From: an uncultured Muribaculaceae bacterium
GTDB taxonomy: Bacteria > Bacteroidota > Bacteroidia > Bacteroidales > Muribaculaceae
DNA length: 64,000 nt
Direction of reading: 5' to 3'
Assembly: GCA_910576775.1 (NCBI GenBank)
Contig: CAJTJV010000009.1
Span: 9,066-73,065, forward strand
The notes beneath the pieces were generated by a model. The model was given only the letters and a program-made list of their open reading frames with translations, did no database searches and was not told where the DNA came from. Of the stretch, positions 1 through 8,725 are shown piece by piece. Position 1 is the stretch's first letter, and every line of letters begins with the position of its first letter. A program made the position numbers and the translations under genes.

Positions 1-60
1 AGATGCGTAAACCCCGATGCTTACCGCCGCGGCGGTAAGCATTACAATTACTTTTTTCAT
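1..60 (-). CDS. N-terminus (signal peptide) of a further secreted protein of the B12 operon, running off the window edge
   Basis: ATG at 60-58 reads MKKVIVMLTAAAVSIGVYAS, a typical Sec signal peptide, 29 nt downstream of the previous stop; not in the ORF track. Confidence 0.7.
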   Translation of the reverse strand, partial: MKKVIVMLTAAAVSIGVYAS

Positions 61-89
61 TGTTAGATGGGCTTGTTAGTTGTTGGTGA

Positions 90-1049
90 TTAGTGAATTA
101 TGATTTTTCTACTTGTAGTTCCGTCGATAAGGATATAAATGCCGGGTTTAGGTAACACTCCTTCCGGAATGTGTATTCCGTCGAGACTGTAAATAACACG
201 CTGCTTCACGGTGTCGTCTACGTCGTGATGTGCAACTCCGTTGGGTGTAAAATGGGTATAATCAAGTTCGTGCCAAGGTATGCTTGCTCCTGAATAACCG
301 TCGGGAGTATCGCCGCCTACCGGGCCATTCAAAGGTGTGTATTTCCATGCGTCGACCGCTCCGTCATCAAGTTTGCGCGAAGTGTATCCGAGTCCGGAAT
401 AGCTTAGACTTTCGGAGTCGGTGCCACCAACCCAATAGCTCCAATAGCCTTTATACCAACCGGCATTCCAACGTCTTGTATTGTCGGATGATTCCATAAA
501 CCAGTGGTCGTAGTCATAACAGGCATAGCCGTAGTTTTTAGCATCGATGGGATGCTCGAGGATATTTGTTTTTTTTGCTTTCTCTATCGCCTCGCCACAG
601 ATTTCAGGAGTATCCCATCCGGGAACACTCGTCTGGCCAAGCAGTCCGTTTGCCGAGAACCAGTTGAAACTGATATTGGGATCTTCTTGTGCGGAATCGA
701 AATCAAAGGCGATATAGTTTGCAACAGCATTGTCGTGAGATACGCCTATACCGCATACGGTATTTCCCATCCAACCGGTGTATTGGGTAAAGAGATATAA
801 GTCATTGCATTCGGTAGCGATGGCACGAAACATGTCTTCTCCCGACGGCTGTCCGTCTGTACTGTCCCATCTGTAGCCCCATATGTATGCCTTTTCTGCA
901 AGTCCGTCGTCGAACTGCACGACAAGCGCCGATCTGGCGTCGCCCTTGCCCGCCCAATGGGTTATTTTGTCCCAGTCTACTACAAAGGCGTTTGCAGTCA
1001 GTGAGACGGCGAGGATGCATAATGCGCAAAGAGTGTGGTTTTTCCTCAT
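90..1049 (-). CDS. Secreted protein of the B12 locus with a T9SS-type C-terminal domain; putative cobalamin-binding protein
   Basis: Signal peptide ending ANA; C-terminus IYSLDG...KPGIYIL...SRKIIIH resembles a T9SS sorting domain; lies in the riboswitch-controlled operon. Confidence 0.65.
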   Translation of the reverse strand: MRKNHTLCALCILAVSLTANAFVVDWDKITHWAGKGDARSALVVQFDDGLAEKAYIWGYRWDSTDGQPSGEDMFRAIATECNDLYLFTQYTGWMGNTVCGIGVSHDNAVANYIAFDFDSAQEDPNISFNWFSANGLLGQTSVPGWDTPEICGEAIEKAKKTNILEHPIDAKNYGYACYDYDHWFMESSDNTRRWNAGWYKGYWSYWVGGTDSESLSYSGLGYTSRKLDDGAVDAWKYTPLNGPVGGDTPDGYSGASIPWHELDYTHFTPNGVAHHDVDDTVKQRVIYSLDGIHIPEGVLPKPGIYILIDGTTSRKIIIH

Positions 1050-1073
1050 ATACTGAAAATTTGATTTTTACAA

Positions 1074-2291
1074 TCAATGTTTTGGATGTAACAGTGGGAT
1101 CTCGGGGAGCGAAATGTCAGAATCGGCTACATGCAGGTCGGCGGCACGGCATAGCTCGGTGGATGTTTCTCCTATCCACCCGCAATATTGGTTTATGCCG
1201 GTATAGACGCGGACGAAATCGATACCCGGCAGTTCCACATGGGCGCCTTTGTTGTCGACAGCCCAGCCGATGTCGAAACTGTTCAGGTCTTCATAATCGT
1301 TGGGGTGGTTGTCGACATAGCCCCAATCGAAGCAATAAAGTATATAATATCGTCCGTTTCCGCTTGTGTCAACAGCGTTTGGTGGTAGGCAGGTACCTGT
1401 GAACGACAACTCGTCGGCATCAATCCACAGTGGCCAGTAGCTTTGAGTATGGAATATATTTTTCGGCATATAGCCTTCCGTACCTTCCGAATCAATCCAT
1501 GGGATATAGCCGGTGTCGGATATGAAACCGCTACTGTCGGGTGTCGGCGGGCGTCTGTTGTCGGGTTTATGGTAACTGATGGAGTATACATGGCGGGTAT
1601 CGGGGGAAGTGTAGGCGCTACCGGCAAGTTCATAGAAAGTGTCGTCGGGAAGACCGTTGCAGTTTTCGTCGTAACTAACCATTACTATACCCGGTTCGGC
1701 AGAACCGCCTTTGCGGCTGTTGTCGGTAAGCTCATAGAAGCTGTTGCCCCAGATACGGAAATCCTTACGGTCTTTGACATTGACAATCGTATGGTCGAAT
1801 CCGAATGTTACATATCCGCCGAACCCTCCGAGTGAAATCATGATATCGTTCTTGCCGCTGATGCATTCTTCCGCTTTTTGGGCCATGGTGGCGGCATCGT
1901 CGCCCGGCTCGTATTTCGGCATCTCGTTGATGAACTGACCCGGAGCAGGGCAGTAGTCATATACACGTGCGATATAAGGGCTGTATTCCACCTCTTCATG
2001 CATCACGTCGACTGTGAATTCGAAATGAAAAGGTGTCGCAGGGTCTATGATGTCGAATTCGAGATTATAGAGTCCTTCCTCCGCAGCAAGAAAAATATAT
2101 CGACGGGTGTCGGCTACGATGGTACCGTTTACTTTCCAGCGATATTCCGCGCCTGTCAAGGCCGATGTGAGTTCAAGTTTCTGCATGCGTGCTATGAGGT
2201 AATTGTCATCAATTCCAAGGTTCACCGTTGGCATATCGTCGGTACAGGATGTCGCCAGCATGATAAGAAAGGGGAAAGGAATCTTTTTCAT
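1074..2291 (-). CDS. Cell-surface lipoprotein with PKD-like domain, BtuH-like B12-binding protein
   Basis: Lipobox LATSC; N-terminal Ig/PKD-like region; PAPGQFIN, SLGGFGGYVTFGFDH and GWIGETSTE motifs typical of Bacteroides btu-locus surface proteins. Confidence 0.7.
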   Translation of the reverse strand: MKKIPFPFLIMLATSCTDDMPTVNLGIDDNYLIARMQKLELTSALTGAEYRWKVNGTIVADTRRYIFLAAEEGLYNLEFDIIDPATPFHFEFTVDVMHEEVEYSPYIARVYDYCPAPGQFINEMPKYEPGDDAATMAQKAEECISGKNDIMISLGGFGGYVTFGFDHTIVNVKDRKDFRIWGNSFYELTDNSRKGGSAEPGIVMVSYDENCNGLPDDTFYELAGSAYTSPDTRHVYSISYHKPDNRRPPTPDSSGFISDTGYIPWIDSEGTEGYMPKNIFHTQSYWPLWIDADELSFTGTCLPPNAVDTSGNGRYYILYCFDWGYVDNHPNDYEDLNSFDIGWAVDNKGAHVELPGIDFVRVYTGINQYCGWIGETSTELCRAADLHVADSDISLPEIPLLHPKH

Positions 2292-3448
2292 CTTGGAAGG
2301 AAGGTTATGTGTGCCGGAATATCACCGGTTCGGACGCTCCATTTTTTCTTTCCGTCAGGCGAATAGCAATGAAGACTGCCTGAGCTTACATAGTTTTTGG
2401 CGTCAGTGACGAGGATATCCCCGGTTTCGGGATGTACGGCTATACCGTAGGGGATGGTGATGTCTTTATCTGTGCCGTCGCTTATGAAATTGGTGTTTAC
2501 GATTTTTTTTGTACGTATATCAATTATGCCGTATGAGATGGTATTCGAGGCGGTGAAATTGTTCCATTCGGTGGCATAGTAATAGAGAGAATCGCCGCGG
2601 ATTGCCATTTCGGAACATGCCACAGGGATTGTATCGGTTACAATCATGCGGTTGTAACCCGCTTTTTTGTCGAGTACATACAGGCGCGACGGGCGGCTCT
2701 TGTAGTCGCCGCGGCCGGTCACCCATAGCTTACCGTAGCGGTCTTTCTTCAGCCGGTGGAGGTTTATGCCGACAGGAATCCGGTTTACCTGCTTGAAATC
2801 CTCCATCTGGATTACAGACACGGTATTGTCATACTCCGGAGTGCGGTAGCCTCCCGAATTGGCAACATACATATAGTCGTCTATAATTTCCATTTCTTCG
2901 GGCTGATAGCCTACGGTTACTTTTCGGGTGATAGCAAGGGTAGTGGTGTCCATCTCGAACACGGCGCCCTTGGGCGCGTCAGGATCTATCAGCACCGGGC
3001 CTATGAAGGAACTTACATAGGCCTTTCCCTTATGGAAGCGGATATAGCGGCAGTTGGGAATATCGACCTGTCCGATGCGTGTGCCGCTGCGGGCATCGAG
3101 AATCTCAACTTTATGCGAGCAGTTTACAACAACATATAGTTTCGAGCCATAGATGCCAATGTCGTTGCCGACGTCGCCCAGTTCTTTTATTACATCCGGA
3201 TTGCGTTCTGCATAGAAATTCCGTGCGTAAAGTCCTGTGAGGTAATCATAATAGTCGAGAGTACACTTGTTGGAGCCCATATTACCTTCGTTCAGCAGGT
3301 AGAATCCGCGAATGCCTGTCGCCGGGCGTCCGAAATCCGATATGATATCGTACTCCGTAGGCACCACAAGCTCGTCCTCACGACAGCTTGTGGTGCACAA
3401 GAGTATGAGCAGAAAAAGTGTAATAATGTATTTAGACCTGAAAGTCAT
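2288..3448 (-). CDS. btuG: YncE/DUF5074 beta-propeller surface lipoprotein, BtuG-like
   Basis: Lipobox TTSC; LNEGNMGSN, LGDVGND and VGYQPEEM propeller motifs; 4-nt overlap with the TonB-dependent receptor. Confidence 0.8.
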   Translation of the reverse strand: MTFRSKYIITLFLLILLCTTSCREDELVVPTEYDIISDFGRPATGIRGFYLLNEGNMGSNKCTLDYYDYLTGLYARNFYAERNPDVIKELGDVGNDIGIYGSKLYVVVNCSHKVEILDARSGTRIGQVDIPNCRYIRFHKGKAYVSSFIGPVLIDPDAPKGAVFEMDTTTLAITRKVTVGYQPEEMEIIDDYMYVANSGGYRTPEYDNTVSVIQMEDFKQVNRIPVGINLHRLKKDRYGKLWVTGRGDYKSRPSRLYVLDKKAGYNRMIVTDTIPVACSEMAIRGDSLYYYATEWNNFTASNTISYGIIDIRTKKIVNTNFISDGTDKDITIPYGIAVHPETGDILVTDAKNYVSSGSLHCYSPDGKKKWSVRTGDIPAHITFLPR

Positions 3449-5433
3449 ATTTCCACGGTTATTGTGAAACGGTAATTGCGTTTCGGCATGGGGTAGTTCA
3501 GGATAACGTCATAATCCTGACTTAAAAGATTGTTGACCTCTATAAGTCCGCGGAGCTGCACTTTGCGGATACGGAAATCCTTGCTCAGAGATATATCGCT
3601 TGTGTACCAGGGCTGGGTATAATTGTACTTGATATTCTCCTGCTGGTTATAACGTTCACCCACATATATGTAACTGTAGTTAAGACCCCATCCGCGCCAT
3701 GTTGCGTTTACAACGGCAGAGCCGGAATTGCGGGGAATATAGGGAATCTGGTCGCGGTAATAGTTGTCGGCCGGATTTGTCACGTCGATGGCCTGTTGGA
3801 ATGTGTACTGCGCACGCAGGGTGATGTCGAGCTGTTCGACGGGACTGAAAGTAAGCAGGGCTGAGATGTCAAGTCCTTTAATCTGCACCTTGCCGAGGTT
3901 AAGCATTGTCCATCTGAACTGTTGCCCTTTGGGGTAAGCTACAATCTTGTCTTTGACGGTGTTGTAATATGCGTCGGCGGTGAAACGCATCCTGCTCAGC
4001 AGGCGATTGGCCGAATGTTCGTATATAACGCCGATGTTGTACTGAGTCACGCGTTCCGGGTCGAGTTTGCTGTTGCCCATGTCGGCGTAATACAGGTCGT
4101 TGAACGTCGGCATGCGGAAAGATTGTTTGAAGAATGCCCGTAGCGAAAGGTCGGTAGTTCTTAGCGGATTGCCGGAGATGAATATCGCAGGAGTGAACAC
4201 ATGTTTGTCTTTTGGAGATTTCCGGTCTTCGAGTTTGTCGTGGATGAATGTTCCCATGCAGCTTGCCTGAGCCTTGAACCGTTTTATGTCGAGTGCGGCC
4301 GCGACGGAGGCAAGATGGCTGAAACGCACAGGTTTTACGAAGCCGTACATATCGGCATGCAGGTCGTTCCACATGAAATCGTAGCTCGCTGAGATATTTA
4401 GGACGGGGAGTACGGCGTACATGTTGGCTGTAGATATATAAATCTCGCGCTGCTTGTACAGATTGTCGATTTTTATCTGTTTGTCGTCGTTGTTTACGTA
4501 GTGTGTTCGGTAGAAGGCATATTTGATGTTGGCGAGTGTGGTGAATCTGCCGATATATTTGGTGAATGAAGCCTGAGCGAAGGAGTTGTTGTCCCAGATA
4601 CGTTCGCCACGGCGCCATACATTGTTTACGATGGCGCCGGGGACGCCGCGCTCGGAATTGTAGTTGTAGACTTTTGCCGACCATAGGCCGTTGGTAAAAT
4701 GACCGAAAACGTTGGCTTCGAGTCGAATGGCGTTGATGTCGCCGTTTTGTCTCACCGCCGTGGTATCATAGGCGATTTCCCCGGCCGGATTCACACGTCG
4801 GTAACGGAACTTGTATTTCCCGGAGGAATTAACCCATTCGGCAGATACGGAAGCATCCACATTGTCCGATAGCTTCATTTCGACGAGTGCCGACGGGTTG
4901 ATAAGGTCGAAGGAACCGAATCGTACCGTACCTCGTAGATGGTAATTCTTAGTAGGTTCGAAATGTGGACGCCGCGTGCGCATGTAGACGCTACCGGCAT
5001 TGCCGAAATCGCGTGCAGGCTGGAGTATGTTGCTTTTCTGTCCGTTGTATAGAGAAATAGCTTCGATATTGTCAAGGGAGAATTGTCCGAGGTCTATCTG
5101 GCCGTTCTGTGCGTTTCCCAATTGTACGCCGTCGTAGACAACACCGGTGTGATTGGTGCCCATCGAGCGGATATTAACAGTTTTAATACCACCGACTCCG
5201 CCGTAATCTTTAATCTGTAAACCGGAGAAATAGCGTAGGGCATCCGCCACGTTATGGCTGTTGAGCCGTTGGAGTTCCTTGCCGTCAAGACGTTGCGCGG
5301 GAATGATTTCATTTTCCGGACGTCGTCCTGTCACGACAATTTCATCAAGGCCAATGGAGTCGGTGCTCTCGGAGGCATCCGCGAGTACGCAGCACAAAAA
5401 TGATAAGACTACGAGTGGTAATTTACGCCACAT
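3445..5433 (-). CDS. btuB: TonB-dependent cobalamin receptor
   Basis: Signal peptide, TonB box LDEIVVTG, plug motif KDYGGVGGIKTVNIRS, barrel motif RMPTFNDLYY; directly downstream of a cobalamin riboswitch. Confidence 0.9.
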   Translation of the reverse strand: MWRKLPLVVLSFLCCVLADASESTDSIGLDEIVVTGRRPENEIIPAQRLDGKELQRLNSHNVADALRYFSGLQIKDYGGVGGIKTVNIRSMGTNHTGVVYDGVQLGNAQNGQIDLGQFSLDNIEAISLYNGQKSNILQPARDFGNAGSVYMRTRRPHFEPTKNYHLRGTVRFGSFDLINPSALVEMKLSDNVDASVSAEWVNSSGKYKFRYRRVNPAGEIAYDTTAVRQNGDINAIRLEANVFGHFTNGLWSAKVYNYNSERGVPGAIVNNVWRRGERIWDNNSFAQASFTKYIGRFTTLANIKYAFYRTHYVNNDDKQIKIDNLYKQREIYISTANMYAVLPVLNISASYDFMWNDLHADMYGFVKPVRFSHLASVAAALDIKRFKAQASCMGTFIHDKLEDRKSPKDKHVFTPAIFISGNPLRTTDLSLRAFFKQSFRMPTFNDLYYADMGNSKLDPERVTQYNIGVIYEHSANRLLSRMRFTADAYYNTVKDKIVAYPKGQQFRWTMLNLGKVQIKGLDISALLTFSPVEQLDITLRAQYTFQQAIDVTNPADNYYRDQIPYIPRNSGSAVVNATWRGWGLNYSYIYVGERYNQQENIKYNYTQPWYTSDISLSKDFRIRKVQLRGLIEVNNLLSQDYDVILNYPMPKRNYRFTITVEI

Positions 5434-5569
5434 GTTTTTGATTCAGATACGTTCAACACTGAACTATCTGTAAAGCGTCGTGGCGTCAAAATCAAGATAG
5501 AGAGCGTAGCTGTTGCTGCTCTTCGATTATCTTGGCTCGTCCGCGCAAGCCGTCGACAGATAGGCAAGA

Positions 5570-5740
5570 TGGCAGGTCTTCTGACTTGTTTCTTGTCTGT
5601 CGGCGGCCTTCCCGGGGGATTTTCCCAGTGGCAGTATGCCGGAGATTCATCGAAACTTACAGCAGCGGGACTGTCCGGGATTCGCACCCGGTTCCCTTTT
5701 AATCGGAATTGGATATATCCGTCCGAACCATTTGCACCGC
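5570..5740 (-). ncRNA. Cobalamin (B12) riboswitch
   Basis: Minus strand contains AAAGGGAACCGGGTGCGAATCCCGGACAGTCCCGCTGCTGTAA, GCCACTGGGAAA...GGGAAGGC and the B12 box AAGTCAGAAGACCTGCC. Confidence 0.95.
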
Positions 5741-5747
5741 AAAATTA
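5740..5747 (-). promoter_or_regulatory. Bacteroidetes sigma70 -7 element (TAATTTTG) for the btu operon
   Basis: Matches TAnnTTTG immediately 5' of the riboswitch. Confidence 0.7.
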
Positions 5748-5799
5748 ATCAAAAAATTTACACCCGCAAAAATATAATTACATTGAACCCTGTATATTC

Positions 5800-6474
5800 C
5801 TACCACTCGAATGATATGGCGGCGCCGAAACCGTTGAGTGTGACAGAATTGTCGTAATATGAATGCCAGTTGTTGGAGGTTATAAGTTGATAGGCCACGC
5901 CGATATTTACTGCCTGGCGCGTGTTCTTTGACGAAATAGGCACGCGGACACCTGCCGACGGACGTAGATAGAACTGCGCACCTCCACCCATGCGCGCGTT
6001 AGTGAATTCAAGATAATCATTGCCTATCAGCCATGTGGCGCCGGCCTTTATATCGATGAAACAGGCCGGTCCGCCGTTTGAACCGCCGATTTTAAAACGG
6101 AAATCGGAGAAAACGGGAATCATTGCCATTGTCCGCGCAGACGAGTGTTGCATGAAATCAGGGGTGTGTTGAGTGTCAAGGATACCCCCTTCAGGGTTTG
6201 TTATGGCAAGGTCGACGCCGAGTCCTGCACCCATGAAGAACCAGGATGCATACTGGAAGCCTTGTGACGTGGAGATACCGATGATATTTGCGCGGTTCGT
6301 TCCGACACCGGCAGTGCCTGAAAGCTCCACAAAACCGCGGTATGTCATCGAACCGCTGAGTGCCGGCCTTATTATATTGCTTACCTGATTTGCAATTTCA
6401 TAATATTGCGCAGATACCGGAAGAGTGCCGGCAGCAAACAGAAGTGTGAGAAGTAAAGATTTAAAAGCTTTCAT
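5800..6474 (-). CDS. Outer-membrane beta-barrel protein, unknown function
   Basis: Signal peptide; YRGFVE, STSQGFQY and IPVFSDFR strands; C-terminal aromatic residue (SFEW); ATG at 6474 chosen. Confidence 0.7.
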   Translation of the reverse strand: MKAFKSLLLTLLFAAGTLPVSAQYYEIANQVSNIIRPALSGSMTYRGFVELSGTAGVGTNRANIIGISTSQGFQYASWFFMGAGLGVDLAITNPEGGILDTQHTPDFMQHSSARTMAMIPVFSDFRFKIGGSNGGPACFIDIKAGATWLIGNDYLEFTNARMGGGAQFYLRPSAGVRVPISSKNTRQAVNIGVAYQLITSNNWHSYYDNSVTLNGFGAAISFEW

Positions 6475-6574
6475 AATCAATCATAATATATTTTTCAAAC
6501 GCATCTTCAGGCACATTGTTGCAAGAATAAGCCTTTTTGTCGATAATTGTTAACTTTGCAGAAAATAACATACA

Positions 6575-7309
6575 ATGCTGCCTATAGAATTTTTTAAAGA
6601 AAATGATGTGTTTGTCGCCGGGACTACGCGGCGAGTGGATATATCAGACGTATCGGCGCCCTATGCCGGTTTTTCGCTTTGTACATATACGGGAGATGAT
6701 GACTCACATACCATGGAGTGTCGGCATTGTCTGGCAGATGTGCTTCGCATACCATCGGAGAACATCATAGCGCCTCGGCAGACACATTCTGCAAATGTGC
6801 TTGTTTATAAAGGAGGTGAGTGCGTTATTGAAGATGTCGATGCCATTGTATGCGATACGCCCGGAGTTGCAATAGGAATAAATACAGCGGATTGTGTGCC
6901 GCTTCTTTTTGTAGACAGCGACGCGCGGGTTATAGGGGCGGCGCATGCCGGATGGCGTGGCGCATTATCGGGTATTGTTTCCGGAACTGTCGCAAAAATG
7001 AAATCTCTCGGAGCAAATCCGGAACGTATGGAGGTTTTTATAGGGGCTTGCATACATGTGGAGTGTTTTGAGATCGGTGAGGAAGTGGCGGCGCAGTTCC
7101 CTCATGATTGTGTTAGCCGTGACTATGGCGATAAGCCACATGTCGACCTTGTAAGGGCGGTGCTTCTCGAGCTGCTTGCCGCCGGAATCCGCGATGCTAA
7201 TATCGTTGTAGTAAAAGACTGTACTCACTGTAACACGCATCTCTATTTTTCTGCTCGCAGACTCGGTGTACGTTCCGGCCGCAATTTCACTTTTATAATG
7301 CTCAAGTAG
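6575..7309 (+). CDS. pgeF: Peptidoglycan editing factor PgeF (YfiH / laccase-domain family)
   Basis: QTHS, TADCVP, AAHAGWRG and YFSARR motifs; TAACTTTG -7 element at 6551-6558. Confidence 0.9.
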   Translation: MLPIEFFKENDVFVAGTTRRVDISDVSAPYAGFSLCTYTGDDDSHTMECRHCLADVLRIPSENIIAPRQTHSANVLVYKGGECVIEDVDAIVCDTPGVAIGINTADCVPLLFVDSDARVIGAAHAGWRGALSGIVSGTVAKMKSLGANPERMEVFIGACIHVECFEIGEEVAAQFPHDCVSRDYGDKPHVDLVRAVLLELLAAGIRDANIVVVKDCTHCNTHLYFSARRLGVRSGRNFTFIMLK

Positions 7310-7357
7310 CAAACGCCGTTTGTCAGAATGCCGCGGATTATCTAAATTTGTACACGC

Positions 7358-8725
7358 ATGAAAACGTATTGTCAAAATATCGAGGGGAGGGTTGCCGCTT
7401 TCATAGAGCGGGAGAGTCTGTTACATTGTGATGCGCCGGTTGTTGTCGCTCTCAGCGGAGGTGCCGACTCTGTTGCCCTGCTTGCGATATTGAAGAGCCT
7501 TGGATACGATTGTCGGGCGGCACACTGCAATTTCCATCTTCGCGGAGAAGAATCTATACGCGATATGCGTCATGCTACAGCGATTGCCGAACGGCTTGAT
7601 ATAGATATTTATATACGTGATTTTGATGTAGAGGCATATCGGAGAGAGCATCCTTGTTCGGTAGAGATGGCATGTCGCGACTTGCGGTATGCGTGGTTCG
7701 CCGAGTTACTCGATCGTGAGGCGGCCCAGGCTGTAGCTGTTGGTCATCACAGCGAAGATCGAATCGAGACATTCATGCTTAATCTTGTGCGCGGTACCGG
7801 AATCGCAGGGCTGACAAGTATGCGTCCACGTTCGGCAAATGTTGTTCGGCCACTTCTGTGTCTTACCCGTCCTGAAATCGAAGCATATCTGTCTGCGCGT
7901 TCTCTGACATTCATTGAAGACAGCTCAAATGCCTCTGACGCGCATCGACGCAACCGTCTGCGCAATCATATTCTGCCGTTGCTTGAAGAATCTTTCCCGG
8001 GAGCGGCAGCGGCGATAATGCGGACTGTTGCCAATCTGGAGGCAACGGAGAAGGTCTATCGTGTCGCGATAAATGAGAAAATCCGCAACTACCGTAAAGA
8101 TAATGCTATAGACTTACAGCGACTTGCTGCCGATGAATGTGCGCAAAGCATTCTTTTCGAGATGGTGTATCCTCTCGGTTTTACTCCGACGCAGGTGTCG
8201 GACATGCTTTTTGCTGTGAATTCTTCCGGACGTTGTTTCCTGTCGCAGGAAGGTAAAGTCGTAGCCGAGTTGTCGCACGGGAGCCTGCGGCTCACCGATG
8301 CCGCCACTATCGACATGCTGATAAGAGACGACACACATGTTGTAGACCTACGGCATGATATTGCCGAACCTGCAATGATAGCAGTATCACATCTCCCGGT
8401 AGAGAATTTCCATCCGGAACCACTGGGTGCTGCGGTGGCATACATTGATGCATCCGCACTCGACGGTAATCCGTTATGGGAGCTGAGGCATCCGCGGCGC
8501 GGCGACAGGATGGTGCCTTTCGGCGCGATGAAATCCAAGCTTCTTAGCGACATTTTCGCCTCTGTCAAGTATTCTGCGTCCGATAAACGTGAGCAATGGG
8601 TACTGACTCGCGACGGCGAGATTGTATGGCTTCCCGGGCTGAGAAATTCTGCTTTGTGGAGCATAGGACCCGAAACAAAAAGATATATACGTCTGTTTTA
8701 TAAAAATGGTAAAATAACTACATGA
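7358..8725 (+). CDS. tilS: tRNA(Ile)-lysidine synthetase
   Basis: PP-loop SGGADS, HCNFHLRG, GHHSEDRIET, RPLL, RNRLRN and the C-terminal TilS domain. Confidence 0.95.
   Translation: MKTYCQNIEGRVAAFIERESLLHCDAPVVVALSGGADSVALLAILKSLGYDCRAAHCNFHLRGEESIRDMRHATAIAERLDIDIYIRDFDVEAYRREHPCSVEMACRDLRYAWFAELLDREAAQAVAVGHHSEDRIETFMLNLVRGTGIAGLTSMRPRSANVVRPLLCLTRPEIEAYLSARSLTFIEDSSNASDAHRRNRLRNHILPLLEESFPGAAAAIMRTVANLEATEKVYRVAINEKIRNYRKDNAIDLQRLAADECAQSILFEMVYPLGFTPTQVSDMLFAVNSSGRCFLSQEGKVVAELSHGSLRLTDAATIDMLIRDDTHVVDLRHDIAEPAMIAVSHLPVENFHPEPLGAAVAYIDASALDGNPLWELRHPRRGDRMVPFGAMKSKLLSDIFASVKYSASDKREQWVLTRDGEIVWLPGLRNSALWSIGPETKRYIRLFYKNGKITT

Noticed and set aside
17..42. Perfect 26-bp palindrome ATGCTTACCGCCGCGGCGGTAAGCAT, terminator-like
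   Set aside because: It lies inside the signal-peptide coding sequence of the gene starting at 60 and has no U tract or loop, so it is not called as a terminator
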